Origin: Chrysomallon squamiferum | Lineage: Eukaryota; Animalia; Mollusca | Assembly (NCBI GenBank): GCA_012295275.1 | Contig: CM022670.1 | Location: forward strand, 12,400,001 to 12,464,000 | Length of the DNA stretch: 64,000 nt | Direction of reading: 5' to 3' | Part shown: positions 1 through 44,039 of the stretch, in pieces | How positions within the stretch are numbered: position 1 is the first letter of the stretch | Layout of the letters: each line of letters starts with the position of its first letter | Program-made: the position numbers and the translations under genes | The notes under the pieces: generated by a model | Seen by the model: the letters and a program-made list of their open reading frames with translations, nothing else | What the model was told of the DNA's origin: nothing | Database searches by the model: none

Positions 1-109
1 TAACTTGTAGAAAAACATTTATACTGAGTTGAATTATTCATCTAAAAGCTCTTTACACACTTGCATTTCTCACAGCAAAATCATACTTAATTGGATTGCT
101 CGCTGTAAA

Positions 110-262
110 ACAATACAATTCCTATTTGCATTATTCACTACAAGAACATACTCACTCATACTGTTCATTACAAAACTATACTCACTTGTATGACTCACTA
201 GAAGACTATAGTCGCGTGCATTACTCGCCACAAATATACTCACTTGCGTTACTCACTACAAA
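110..262. repeat. Degenerate 28-30 bp tandem repeat derived from the gene C exon 2 end and donor
   Basis: About 5 units resembling (minus strand) tttgtagtgagtaacgcaagtgagtata. Confidence 0.7.
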
Positions 263-390
263 GCTGTCTGTCAAGTCGACAGAGACAATTTTGGGAGAGA
301 CGAGAACTTCAGCTTGGTCTTTGTTCAGTTTGTCAAACGTCTCTTCAAGAAGTGAACGAAGGTGTAAGGACTGCACATCAAATAACACAC
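244..390 (-). CDS. iGluR paralog C, exon 2 (start of amino-terminal domain)
   Basis: Minus-strand acceptor ttttactttacag|, 147 nt, phase 1 to 1, donor a|gtgagt. Translation GVLFDVQSLHLRSLLEETFDKLNKDQAEVLVSPKIVSVDLTDSFVVSNA matches exon 2 of genes A and B (ends DSFxxSxA, same phases). Confidence 0.85.
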
Positions 391-944
391 CTGTAAAGTA
401 AAAAAAAATTAATAAGAATTTCAGTTAAAAAAATTGAGTCGAGATATTCATGGATGTGTGTGTGTGTGTGTGTAAAGCTACAATATGAGAATACTAAAAT
501 ATATACGTATTTGTGCGCGTATATATCTATTATTATTATTATATTGTTGTTGTTTTTATTGATAATGTTACTGTTTTTATTATCATTACTATGGTAGTAT
601 TCCTGGTAATACTACTGCTACTACTGCTACCACTACCACTACCGTTACCACTGCCACTTCTAAATGTTCTTTTTCTTATGATTATTGTTCAATCATACAT
701 TATAATCAATGAATTCATATAAAAATACAACACAGACACATTACTTACTACATGAAACACGCTTACACTTTATTACATTGACCATCATTATTTTAACCAA
801 AGACATCACGACATATACACTTACACCTTAAAATCGTATCATATTTTATTATTCATGGACTTCACAGTTGTAAATGTATAGTTCGTGGACACGATATAAA
901 GAATAATAAAAGTATAGATATAATAATAATAATAATTATTATTA

Positions 945-993
<49 letters not shown>

Positions 994-1377
994 TATTTGC
1001 ATAATTCAACGATACAAATGGAACACAGCGAATTTTTGTGCCTTTGGCAATAATTTCTCTGTCTCGATAACTCTGGATATTAAGTGTGAACTGATATTTC
1101 TTTTTGAAAATATATCTCAGGACAGACCAAAGATTACTCATTATATGTAATTATATGTCTGGCTACTTTTCTAGACATAAACTGTAGTCAGAGGTTTTCT
1201 TTGTAATAAATGTGTGTAACCTAGTTTGTTCCAGAGTAACAAACCGCTCAAAGCTATCTCCGTTATACGTACTGGTAAATGTAATTCTGTTTTCGTTTAA
1301 CTTCTGAAGTCAATTTTTTTTTTTTTTTTTTTTTTTTTTGAAGATGGATTTTGCGTATAAAGTTAATTTAATAAATG

Positions 1378-1419
<42 letters not shown>

Positions 1420-2029
1420 GAAAGAAGAAGAAGAAGAAGATGATGATTATAATGTAAAAAGAAGAACAACAACAACTATAACAAAAATCAATAATGGAAT
1501 ATGATACAAAGACAACAAGTACAAACTATAATTAAATAAATAAATAAATAAATAATAAAAGTATCTGGAATTGTGACAAATGCCTACTAATAAAGAACAA
1601 AATATTTTTGTTTTGCATAATAATAACAATTAGTCTTGAATCTTTGGTACAAGTATACTTTGGACACTGACAAACAAGTATACATAATATATTTGGAATA
1701 TTTGTTAACAGCTTAACTTGTGGTGCTGGCTATTTCCCACCAACATTCAAAAAAACAAAAACAACAAGAAAAAAGTATTTTCTAATGAACAGTTCATAGT
1801 TTATATTACTGATTATCTACTTACATATAGAGTGATAAAATGTTAATGACCTTTGCGACATTTTCAATTTGTCGCTCATACATTTAACATTCAGCTGTAA
1901 TTTCCCCTCTGGGCGCCACTGTCAAATACATTAATTTAAAATCATGTGGCGATTTCTAATCAGCAATTTATATAGATATATCTTTGTGTGAATCGCATCC
2001 ATGTGCTTGTCACGGACACCGTTTATTCT

Positions 2030-2435
2030 TGAAGGCCACGTGACCACATCATATGATACTCCTTGTCACACGTCATTAACAGATCTGATTTGCATGGAAA
2101 GCTAGTAGGACATTGTCAAATTGTGAAAAGAACATCGTCTGCATAACAAAATGCTTTTGGCGTTGATCGTAGAGAAAATGCAAGAAATATCAGCAGTTTA
2201 AGATTGCTTACCTACGAATATTTCGCTTCTTTGACAACTAGCATCAGCGACAGCAACTCTTTGCAGCGTCCAAGCACACGCAAGAATAACCATCATATCC
2301 ATCAAAGACAGAGTGTACATAATTTACTTTAACGCCGATTATTAGCGGAACATTATTGAAAAAATATATAAAAATGGCGTAAACAGTAATAGAGCGGTGT
2401 CTGCAGGAAGTGGTCTTAAGGGCATGCGCAGATAC
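2030..2435. promoter_or_regulatory. Putative promoter-proximal region of gene C
   Basis: Higher-GC segment around exon 1 with E-box CACGTG (~2037), AAAATGGCG YY1-like motif (~2371) and GCATGCGCA NRF1-like motif (~2422). Motif matches only. Confidence 0.3.
2212..2320 (-). CDS. iGluR paralog C, exon 1 (signal peptide)
   Basis: MYTLSLMDMMVILACAWTLQRVAVADASCQRSEIFV-G followed by phase-1 donor g|gtaagc. In-frame stop just upstream of the ATG at 2320; alternative ATG at 2302. Joins in frame to exon 244-390. Confidence 0.75.
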
Positions 2436-3244
2436 TGTCTGGGTCACAGAAATGGCAGAAGATGGTATTGATTTTTCGTACTAAGACCATTTGAAGATTG
2501 CAAGCCGTGATGTTTAGTATTTTGGGACCATGTATAATAGCAGGGACACTTTGATCGTGCAGAACGCTGGAGTACGAAACCAAGCTATTAATTCAGAGGT
2601 TTACATTTAAGAGTAGCACCAGCAGGCGTTCAAGCCTCTTAAACTTCGTGTTCTTCAATTAAACTGACAGAACGAATCAACGCAGAGAAACAATATTTGC
2701 GTTGCATGTCTTTGTGAATGCAGCGATGTAAAATTAATTAAATATTCTTTGCATTGCTGTATCAGATAACCGAAGAACAAATGAAATTTGCTTAATAACA
2801 GAACTCCGTTAGGAAGCTTGTGGCTTCCAACATGACGCCCCTTCTCTGCCCACACGTTGTTTTTTTAACACGCGGTCCTGTGCGTTTGTTACTTCTCGAG
2901 TGTTCGAAATTCGTGCAAAATCACTTAAGATGATTACAATAGGGAAAAAAGATAACGTGCTTAAAGACTAAACTTTTTAGAACGAAACTGAACTTTTTAA
3001 AACAGTGTAAATCCAGGATATGCAGAAACGATGATGAAAATTATCATTGAAAACCTTTCAGTCTGTATTTATATTTATTTTTTATTTTTTTTTAATTCGG
3101 ACCGAAATGGATGCAAGAAAGAATAAAAGAGGAATAGATAGTGTAACAAACATTTAATCTCGCTGTTAGACGAATAAAGAGCTTCATATGCTGCCATCTA
3201 CCTACCCTCCACTTACATACAAATATACAAACGCACACAAACAT

Positions 3245-3302
<58 letters not shown>

Positions 3303-4228
3303 TACACACACACATACACATAGACACACACACACATACATACATACATACATGCATACATGCATGCATACACACATACACACATACATACATACATGCA
3401 TACATACATACATTCACACACATACATATTCATACATACACACAAAGGTATAGCTGCAGGCAGAAGAAGTCAGAATGATGAATGATTTGACAAATGGCAA
3501 AAAAAAAAAAAAAAACATACTAACGGACAGAAGCTAAAAAAAAAAAAAAAAAAAAAAAAACTGATAAAAGTTAGATTAACATAAGAAAACGGAACACACG
3601 TAATGTCCGTTTTCAACACTCAGATAATTATTTGTCCCACAACTGTCCGACGCTGCTCAGCACTCTGAATTATCTCCCGCCTCCCGACAAATATGAAATA
3701 TTAATGTGACGCTTAAATTGGCAAAAATCAAGACGTGTATCAAATAACAGGAGAGTTTTTTTTTTTTTTTTTTTTTTCAACATGTGACAGTAAGACTATA
3801 TTATGTTAGGCCCCGATCCACTGTGTAATTATTTTTAAGCATCGTGGTAGCATGGGACATCCTAACCTCAGACATTTTTTATTTTCTATTTTTTTTTTTT
3901 TTTTATATAATCAAATAATTTAGTTATTGTCGGTGTTTGATATCACGTGGCGAGAGAAGAATACTTTGTGGAGGACATCAAGAGAGAGTATAATTTATTT
4001 ACGTATTAATTATGAATGATAGTTTTTTTTATTAGCTGGCGGTCTTGTATCGGATTTTTTATTGGTCATAGGCAGTGCTGTGGTTACTGGATTTTGGAAA
4101 AAAAGATGGGGAATTTTGTTTTCGAATCAGTAATCAAGTATAAAGCCGATGTGAACAAAAACTGTTAACAATTATAGTAGGTTGATCTTCGAATTCTGAA
4201 AATAAGTGATGCGGAGAGAAAGAGGGAG

Positions 4229-4344
<116 letters not shown>

Positions 4345-4824
4345 TAAAAACGAAATTGTAGTAGAAGGAGTAGCAGCAGCAGCAGTAGTAGTAGTGGTAG
4401 TAGTGGTGGTAGTAGTAGTAGTGGTGGTAGTAGTAACAATAGTAGGGGTACTAGTGGTAGTAGTAGTAGTGGTAGTAATGGGAAGACTATATTGTGCTGT
4501 TATGACCTGATAAAAAAGATTTCCTGTAGAGGAATAGCTTTGTAACGTTCCATTACTTAGATAAAATAGTGACCCATTGAGACTTGTGTCCGTTTACTTT
4601 ATACCGTGGAGAGTCATTCTCGTCTCCATCAATTACAAGAGAGGAAATTTGCTGTTGTCACTCTATTTGATTCCATTACAGATCACCAGCAGAGAATATC
4701 GCGTTAAATACACAGTCCCACCTGCAGAGTAGCACTTACCATACACTTTAATTATCAGAGATTTGATAGACAGTTTGAACATTAATAAAAATGTATTATT
4801 ATTACTACTTACTACTACTACTAC

Positions 4825-4860
<36 letters not shown>

Positions 4861-4910
4861 AATGAACAGAAATTAAATAAGTAAGTACAAGCGATATATT
4901 CAAAGAACGT

Positions 4911-4949
<39 letters not shown>

Positions 4950-5584
4950 CAGCAAAACACTTTCACACACATAAACTCACACCAACATAATATACAGTGT
5001 TTGAATGTGCGTTGCATTTAAACTCATACCACATTATAAGTTGCATGTTTGTGTGTGTTGTGTCTGTCTGTCTGTGTCCGTCTGTTTCTCTCCATGTCTG
5101 TCTCTGTGTTCCCAAAATAATCTAGATACACGAATACACACATAATATCTGTACTTTAATATCAGCATAGTGCAGTCAACTTACAACAGAAGATAATCTC
5201 AAAACTCAGATAAAAGCTTTCTGTATAACATTTCTGATAGTCGTGTTCCCTCGTCGACAAACGTGTAGTTTATTAACAGCAGAGAAACGTTTCAATGTAT
5301 TCATAGCGTGTAATTTACACTTCAGAGAGGCGATCTCTTTAACCCTGTCCTTAGATCAGATACGCTGTGTACGTTCCAGTTCTATCTTTCCAGATTAAAA
5401 CAGCAAATGTGACCACTTCTCCCGAATGCATACGAAGTTGCTGTTAATGTTCATCTGTGAAATCTCTCCGATTTGCTCTTTAGTGTAATTGTGAAGTTTT
5501 GTTGTTGTGGCTGTTGTTGATCTTGCAGCTTTTATTGTTATTACTATTACTTTTACTTATTATTATTATTATTATTATTATTAT

Positions 5585-5625
<41 letters not shown>

Positions 5626-8600
5626 TTGTTGTTGTTGTTGTTGTTATTATTATTATTATTATTATCCGCTTCAAGGGTTATTTTTCTGCTATACATTAAA
5701 AACAACAGCATTAACAATTATAATAATAATAAGAAAAAGAAGAAGAAAAAGAAGAAGAAACAAAAATAAATAAATACGAATCATTTGTAAAAAGCAACGA
5801 TTCTTTTATTATATCTTCATACATTTTCCTAGAAAGAAAAACTTCTACAACGGTCTTTGACTTGAGTTCTTTGCCTAAGCTGAGAAACAACTTAATCTGA
5901 AAACCAAGAATGATTAATCCTATAACATATCATACTCCAGACGAGGTTAAATGCGAAATTATACAAGGTCGTGTAAAAGAAAAATCAGTATGTTAGATTT
6001 CTCATATGATCATAGATTGTCTAAATTAATGATTTCAAGTACATTCATAACAGAATCTTGATGTAGTCGATTACCGAACAGTCTGATCTATATCGTGTCA
6101 ATCATTTTTATGATAATTTTGTTCAGCAGTGCTTGATATACTTCGCTGATAGAGAATGCGATATCGGATCTCTTTCTCTCATGTACAAAGCTAACACTGC
6201 TGTCTTAAATTAACATTGCCTTACCAGATTTATGTTACCGTATCAGAAAGGCGAATCAAACTGGCTGACAAATACTATGACAAATAACGATTTATTTTCT
6301 TTAAAGAAGATGATTTATTTTTCAGACAAGCGCAAAGGTGATTCTTTCAAAGAAGAAAAGAACGTTTGACCTTCAGTGAGAGACCTTGGCTATCGCAAGG
6401 TGCAAATAAAAAACAAAACAAAAACACAAATCTGCTCGAGACTTGTTATAATTTGTTTCATTCTTTCATTCATTTATCTTTCATTTTGTAGACTGAAATT
6501 AGGATAGCTTTTGACTAAAGAAGTGCCATCTTTAGAATTAAAGATAAATGCCATACTGATTTATCATTTCTTCTTCTTCTTGTTTTAATTTACAAAATTT
6601 AGAATAATTAATGTAACCTTTTTCAGAAAAATTTTGTTTTCATAAAGATTAACTTATTGCACACTCACACACACACACACACACACATACACACACACAC
6701 ACTTACACACAGAGAGATACACACACATAGACAGAAACAAACGTTGAAATATATATTTAACACGCACGTATGATTAAATTACATACTACAACATATTAAT
6801 AAACTCTTTCACTTTAAAAAACGAAAAAAAAAAAAAAAAGTTTATTCCATTCTGTATTTCAGTGATTTCGCTTAAAAACATGTATATCTATGTTATCTAT
6901 ATTATTACTGTTGTGTTCATGAACGATAAAATTAAAAGAGGCAGAGAAAAGTGATTTACACAAAGAATCGGGTTTTATGAAAAATCGATGTATCTTGGTA
7001 GCTTCTGGAATGAAGTATAAATAATATATTGAAATTCAAGTACAATGGTCATTTCTTTGTAAATTAACCATTTCTTTCTGTAATTAACTCTTCTTTTTTA
7101 ATTACACTAAATTTATTTTTATTCACCTATAATTTTGGAATATTTTTCTTTTTCTTTTCTTTTCTTTTGTCGTAGACGTGAAGGATATTGTTTCAGTTTC
7201 TAAAATAATTTCAGTTTTGCTTAATAATGTTCTTCATAATTTATTTGTTCCTATTGAGTTTGTCCGAATAATTGTTTAATTTAATTGTTTCCTTAACCAA
7301 TATCATTTGCTAGTAATTCAGTTTAAATGATAAAGGAAATGTATATAGATACATGGAGGATTTTATTTTCAAAGCCTCTTTGCAGTGGTTATGTAATGAC
7401 CTATTTATTCAGGGGCAGGAGCTGCATGATAAATAAATAAATACATCTAGTAGTGAATAAAAAAGTAAAAAACAAATAACAGTAATGAATAAATGAGCGA
7501 ACGAACATATCAATGAAAGAATAAATAAAAAAACAATGAAGAAGAGGATGTGATTATTTAAACGAAATGACGATGATGTTGATTATAATAATAACGATGA
7601 TGGGACGATAATGATGTAACTAAATCAGATTAAAACATGAGAGCAAGAAAAAAGAAAATTAAAGAAGAATGAAACGATGAGGCGAAAGAAGAAAAATGAT
7701 GAATTATTCAGAAGTAACAGTGGCGTACCATTTCCGGCTTTCATTCCAGATGTTAACGAAATGAGGATTTTTGGTAGACGAGTCTTCTCTATAAGACTCA
7801 CAGCCACGTTAATTACATTTCTTCAGCTTTAAGTTACATTGAAAAAACCACCTGTTCAGTGTACGGTCCATCGGATAGGAAATACAATAACGTTCCATCA
7901 TAGTCTTACCTACGGTATTGTCTGGGTCAAACAGTCTTGGCATGTTGTTTCACCAACGGACCTCGTGGCAAATGGCTTAAATGGTACAAGCTCTGGCTTA
8001 TGTATATGTCATCGTTTGTGTTTCAAGAACACTGCCCACTCGTAAAACTCTCATACTGGGGGACATGGTTATAGTTTCTGTCCTAAAGCAACTTTCAAAC
8101 GAGTGATATTTAAGAAGGCCTTGACCGTATAATATTCTTTTCTGTATATTGGAAGGTGCACGTATAACGTATTTTGATGTTAACGCAAAATATGATGTTT
8201 TTTTTTTTCTTTTCAAGCTTTGGAAAGAACTCATCTCAAAATAGATGATATCCAAAGGACATTTACAGTGAAATGAGTCAGTGTGTTTTGATTACGTCAA
8301 TAAATTACAAAATAGTCATTCTCACAGGCATCCATCCATCAATTTGTCTAAATTACTGCACATAATTAAACAAAACACACATGCACACACAAAAATATCT
8401 AAATGACAGAAAAATATATTTAAAAAAAATGAAATCAGTTATTTGATATTTTAAAGAATTTTATCTTAAGACGTAATCATTTAAGATTATTGTCGTCGTT
8501 CAATGAATTTAAAGGTCAAATACATATTTTTTTATATTTTTTTAACCTTTACGACTATTGAATGACGACAATAATTACTCTAGAAATACGTAGAAGCCAC

Positions 8601-9627
8601 GGTGAAATGGAAGAAAAACGTTAAAAAAGATAGAAAGAAAAAAAAAAAAACATGATGAAATTTCTCGATTTGGCGTTCACTGAATGAAAAAAAAAAGTTT
8701 TCTTTCTAAGGCAAGAACTGTTCTTCTTAATCACCTCTGTCTCTTGAAGAAACCTAAACAAGCCAGTCTCGCTATTAAAGAAGCTTCATAAAGCTTTGCA
8801 AGCATTCCGTGGAAATCACACAGTTTCCTTTTGCTTTCAAATAGAATTACGCGAACCATTGGCGACGCTTTCCTATGCTACATCACGGTTGAATAAAATG
8901 TGAGATTTTTCCAATTGCATGCCATCTTTTTGGACAATCATTGAAAAGAGAAGCACTTGATGAGTGGCTGAAGAACTATCAGGTCGAATATAAGTTTGAA
9001 CAAGCTTGCTCATCGATTGGTTTGGTCTGCTAAATGTTTAACCCGAGGCCTAACACTTAAAACGTGAGTGGTAACATGTCTTTCAAATATTGTCAATCAA
9101 TACAAGAATGAAAAAGGAGCATTTTACCAAAATTAACTTTATGACTGAATACGAAAACCGTGTAATTTTTCCAATCGTCCTACTGGCGCTGGTAAATTGC
9201 GGGAATCTTATTCGCCAACGAAGCGAGAAATCGTTTGTTTAATCTTTCATGAGGTGGTACTTTCCAGCTCGTCTTACCTACGGAACCGGTCTTCACCGGG
9301 AAATGCAATTTATTCTGCATTCTGTTATTTGATTAAAGCGTGAAGCTCGCTTCGATATGCTTGTTGATAGCTGCGAACGTACTCAGAAGTGACGGCTAGA
9401 TGAGAGCGATACTTACGGTCGACAATTGGCCGTCATGTTATTTTGGCAGCACACGATTCTTGGACCCAAATTTAATTTTCACAGAACGGTTGCAGAATCC
9501 GACAGAGTGCCAGTTTTGCTTATTGAAAGCTAGCACACAACTGCTCGTTTCGTTGTTTTAACAAGTCATGAAGTAATTTCACAGCAATCTGTGCGGACGA
9601 GCTTGGTGAACTACTGCTAAGTTAAAG

Positions 9628-38567
<28,940 letters not shown>

Positions 38568-40029
38568 CATATCACACATCGCTAGACGATATACTTAAAA
38601 TATTATGTTATTTAAATTGCTAAACGAAGAAATTATCATTTATAATCATCTTTCCCTTTCCATCCTGATAATAAAATCCTGGAATACTTAATATGCAATC
38701 CTGAGCACTGTCATTTACCAAATAAATATGACACTGATAAGATATGTAACATCAGTTTGGATTAAAAATATAGTAATGTTTCTTTGGGGAAAAAATCTTT
38801 CAGCTGTTATAGTCTGATTAAGTTGGAAAGATGATGCTTAAGAGATGTTGATGAAGTGAGAATAAGACTTACAATGATGTGATGATGGTGATGATGACTG
38901 TTTCTGAAGTTGGATTAATATTTATCTGTTGTTGTTGTCTCTGATGTTAACATTAAACAATGTGGTCAACGATGTTGATTGTTGCACTGATTGTGATGAT
39001 GATCATAACAGTGATAAATGAAGATGATGTTGACTGGTGTCATTATTATGCTGATGATGATGACTGAGAACTTTGATGATGAAAAAATGCTGATGTTGTC
39101 GCAGGCATTTCATTAAAATATTTCTGTGACTGTAAATAAGACAAAATGGCGTCAAGAAAAATAAAACTCTGACTTTTAACATATCATTTTCAGTGTATCT
39201 ATTATTATATGATGTTCACCTTTATTTAAAAGACGTATATCTGAATTGTGTCTGTGTTTAATGTAACCTGCACTCTAACAAACACTTTTCGAAATATAGA
39301 TTACATTTCTTAGACAAAATAAATATATATATTCATTACTATTTTCATTATGTTATTCATTACAGTCACATTCAGAGAGCTGAGAATAGAAATTATTTGA
39401 GGGGAGATAACTCAGAAATATTAAAATTCAGTGATTAAATAGATGGAAATAAAAATAATAATAAGAAAAAAAACGAACAAAACACAAATCAACTCTAAAC
39501 ATACAAAAAGAACAACAACAAACAAAAAACAAAAACCCAGCATATAACTGTCATTAATATTGCAAATTAATCCTTCAGTTTTATTAAAACAACCTTTCAT
39601 TTGACTTCTAACATGCAGTTCAATGAGTTTAATCACAAGACAAATAATAAATTTCAGCACTTATTGCTTATGTGAGAAGACATTATCAGTTTACATGTAG
39701 ACAATTCAGTATGACCAAAATACTTTTCTTTTATAAATCACTGTATTAAATGAGTTTCCAAAACAGCTTTTCACTTAAACATGGACTTTTAACATATTAT
39801 GTTTCCAAATGTAAAATTAAAATAAGATGGACCCAGTATTTAACAGGTCAAATTTTGTATTAAAAATAAATAGGATTTAAAATATATATGTTTCTTAACT
39901 GCCTACATTCAGTTCAAATATTTCACTATTTTGCTTTTGCTGTAACTCTGCTGTCAATTGTGTTGTTCTATTGTTTTGTGTATGACATTTTTTTCTATGC
40001 AATGTGCAAAATTATGATCTTTATTTGGT

Positions 40030-40035
40030 AATAAA
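40030..40035 (+). terminator. Candidate polyadenylation signal of gene A
   Basis: AATAAA followed by a GT-rich tract. Other AATAAA hexamers (e.g. 41151) also exist. Confidence 0.3.
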
Positions 40036-42429
40036 AGAATACGAAAAAAAGTTACTAGTTTGAAACTGGTATATTCTTGGTCGTATCTTAAGTACTATGT
40101 GTGCGTGAGAGTGTCTGTGTATATGTGTCGTATGTGTGAGTGTGTATGTGTGAGAGAGAATGTGTTCATGTATGGGTATGTGTCAGAGTGTGTATGTATA
40201 TGAGTACAGTTAGTATGTTTGTGTCTGAGTTTGTGATTGTGTGTGTGTTTGTGTGTGAGATGAGTATGTGTTTGAGAGAGTGTATTTATTCATATGTATG
40301 TGTATGTGACAGTAGGTGAATCTGTATGTATGTGTGTTTAATATTGATCTTTTTCCTCTTTAATTTTGTCATATCTTCATTATATTATTTTACTTTCGAC
40401 ATTTTTTCTTACATCATCACACCAGGTTTATTAAAGATTTTTATGTTCTTTGCTGTCTACAGCTGTTTGTAGATAAAGCATTTCTTATTTTATGATAAAA
40501 TTCCTTAAATGGCAGATTCCAGTTTCCGTTAATGGGTAAAATGTACTGAAATGTCACAAATATACATGTATAGTGAAACAACTTTTCAAAAACAACCTCA
40601 GACAAATATTTCTTTGTTTCTTTGTTTCTTTTTTTCTTTTTTTTAAATAAATTTAACTTTTCACGCGACTAACTAACATGACACGTATGATGATTTCTAA
40701 CGTTTATAAAATCTGAACAAAAATATTGTCATCAAATAATGTGCTATATTTACTGTGATTTTAATAAAATTTAAAAAAAATTATTTATTTATTTATTTGT
40801 TTGTTTTAAGATTACGGTTTTCGTACAAGTATTATACGGAACGAATGTGTGACACTGTGCAAAATTAGTTCCCTTGTCAAAAATTATTTTGAAGATGTGA
40901 TTTCCACGTGAAATACTATGCAAGGGAAACAACTATTTTTGAGATTTTATGAAATGGGAAGTACTGTAATATCCATATGTTACAGTAGTGGTGGACATAT
41001 TAATATATGCTTGTCAAAGGTCAAGTAGCAGTTTATTTAATTATTTGTTTTTATCACCTATCATGCGTACCATTTTGAATTGTGTTTGTTTGTTTGTTTG
41101 TTTTCTTGTTTCGTGTGTTTAGAATTCTGAACGTATTTGAACATTTTAATAATAAAGGCTTTCAGATATTATTCGTACAGTTTTTAAACGAAATTAATTA
41201 TAGTGCGTATACTTCTGTAACCGAATAGGAGCCAGGATCTTATAAACGCAACAAAAAATATCAGTGGCTCACAGATTTGGACATTTTTTGTATTGGAAAT
41301 ACTTTAAAAAAACAACAACAAATAAACAAAATTAAAAATTAAATTCTTTGTTGCTGTTGATTTTTTTTGCTTAATGTTTTAAATTGAATAAAGGGGAGAA
41401 AAGAAAATAAAGAAATGTGTCGCCTTCTAGATTTGCTACGCAGTCTAGATCGATGAAGATTCCTCATTTTCTGTCGACAACCTTGAAATTACCAAATTAA
41501 TAGTAACAACTGCAACAAAAGCAACAACAAAAATCTATAAAGAAAAAAAAAAAAATAAGAAAAGAGGAAAATGGACCAAGAAAATGTAATTAATGAGAGA
41601 TAAAAGTTTTTGATAAAATACAGGATGCACTGTAATGTAATGAATGAGAGTGAGAGGGTCTGTATAGTTAGACTAAATTTCATTAGTGTTCTGAATTAAC
41701 TACTTAATACATTTAATAGAGGAAAGCTGCGCCTGAAAATCTGTGTCATGTTAGTAAGATGTGGATACATAAAACACTGTTAATATTTTTTTTTCTTGAA
41801 CAATAAAGAGAATAAACGTAAACATATTCGTCCAAAAATTTAAATCAGTAAATAATTAAAACAAAATAAATAAATAAAAATAAATATAGAAAATAAACCT
41901 CAAACAAACAAAAAAATAAAATAAAATAAAATAAAATAATAAATAAATAAATAAATAAAATTCACAGAATAAAAGAGGTAAACGAAAATGGCAGCATTCA
42001 TGGATTTTGTGTATCATTTAATAAGCCTGCATGATTAGAAATAAATAATCTCTTAAAACAGAAACATTTCATTTCCCTGCAAAAATATAAACTTTATATT
42101 ATATACTTATGTAATTATAAATATACCTTGCAATCATAAAAATTTAAAAAAATAATAATAAAACATAAAAAAAATTTAAAAAAAAAGGAATGTATGTTAA
42201 CATCAGACAGTTCTTCGCAAAAGATTACGCTAAACAACCGTCCCATTTATTCAACACGATCATTAAATATTAAAAAAATAATAAAAATAATTTAAAAAAA
42301 AAAAAAAAAAAAAAAAGAGAAAAGATCAGTTTTAATATATCAACAAACGAGGAGAAAGAATGAGAGCGTCTCGAAGAAATCATAAATCAGCCTAAACCAA
42401 TAATCAAAAAAAAAAAAAAAAAACCGGTA

Positions 42430-42830
42430 TCATAAGCGTGTTTCGTATTTCTTCTGAAAACACTCTTCTTCATCCAGACTAACACCATTTTAGCACACCG
42501 TTCCCTAAATTCTTGAGGCAATAATTGAAAACATGATTTACACATTGGCTTGTTGTCTTGATCAATCATTGCTCGGGGTGTTTACTTTGAAGAAGATGAG
42601 CCTACTAAGCGTATTGATTTTCGATTTCGGTGTTTCCCTAGCGCGTTAATGTCCACAGCGCCCAATTTGCCGAGCCTTGGGGCTCTGTCATTGGAAGAAT
42701 GTCACTGTATACGCGGGAATTGTAAAACAAGTTTACTTGTTTGAGGAGAAAGACTTTTCTGGTTTGTTTCTTGATGATGACGGACAATCTCCAAACGACA
42801 GAAATTTAGGAGAAAGATCGGAAGTTATCT
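42430..42830 (-). pseudogene. Decayed LIM-domain exon (PINCH/LIMS C-terminal-like)
   Basis: Strong minus-strand acceptor (ctttctttttaatttctgcag|). One frame reads INALGKHRNRKSIRLVGSSSSK*TPRAMIDQDNKPMCKSCFQLLPQEFRER, colinear with the PINCH LIM5 end (ALxK...DxKPxCKxC...P.E...R) but with an in-frame stop (42582-42584) and lost Zn ligands. Confidence 0.5.
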
Positions 42831-43115
42831 CTGCAGAAATTAAAAAGAAAGGAGAAATGCGTTTAAACCGTCCAGGCGGGAAATTGAGTAATAGCATGGG
42901 GAAAAAAAAATAGTAGCTATCAGTGAAAAAAATTCCTAATTAAAGTATACTTGATTATAAAAGAAAAAAAAAAAAACAACAACAGACAACAGCAACAAGA
43001 ACAACAAAAGATAAAAGCTGACATTCTATATTTTCTTTTCTAAATGAAATTACATAATGAAACAGTGGGGGAAAAGTAGCTTTGTTGTATTACCTCTTGT
43101 TTGTTGTTGTTGTTG

Positions 43116-43315
<200 letters not shown>

Positions 43316-43980
43316 AAATTTATCTATTTATTTATTCTTTTTTGATCATTTTTATTAATACAAGGAAGACTTTTTTAAAATTACAATGCAACAATAGTAA
43401 TACAAATTTGCAGTTCTTTTTTTCTTTTTTCTGTAAATACTACTTGAACTTATACTATTTACAAATTCTTTGATTTCTTGTTTAAATTTTAATAAAATGT
43501 TATTTATGTAATTTTACCATGTTCATTTGACATCCATGTTATTTATTAAATCGAGAACAGTGTTTGCTATTTTATAGTTGATTTAACGATATTCTTCCAG
43601 TAATCAAACCGTTGTGATCTGCATTTTAAAACATTAAAAAGGAACCCAAGACATTAACAAGTTTGAAATGAATGAATGAAAGAACGAAATAAAAATTAAA
43701 AAAAAAAAAAAAAACAGCAAATAAACCACTTAATAAATAAACATTAAAAAATAAAATAAAATAAAACATTTATTACACAACCTGTTTTGTAGAAGGATTA
43801 AAAAATGTCACAATTTATTTTCTTTTTCTTAATTCAAAAACACTTTAATAAATTTAATTCAAAATAATACATTTCTGACTCTGGATATCACATGGTAAAT
43901 TAACAGTAACAAACATCCCAGTTAAAAGTGGAAGGTTTCAACAGAATGACTTATTGGGCTAGTTAAGGCCGTTAGCTTAC

Positions 43981-44039
43981 TTCTGAAGAGGGCCTTAGAG
44001 ACCAGATCTTGCAGACCGAAGCCAGTGCGTCTCAAAACC
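43981..44039 (-). pseudogene. Possible upstream exon of the same decayed gene
   Basis: atttcag| 59 nt |gtaagc. Reads VLRRTGFGLQDLVSKALFR and joins in phase to the exon starting at 42830. Confidence 0.35.

Noticed and set aside
7700-8255. Coding-looking stretch and short ORFs
   Set aside because: No recognisable domain and stops in all frames.
40865-40935. Short inverted repeat gttcccttg...caagggaa
   Set aside because: Too short and degenerate to call as an element.
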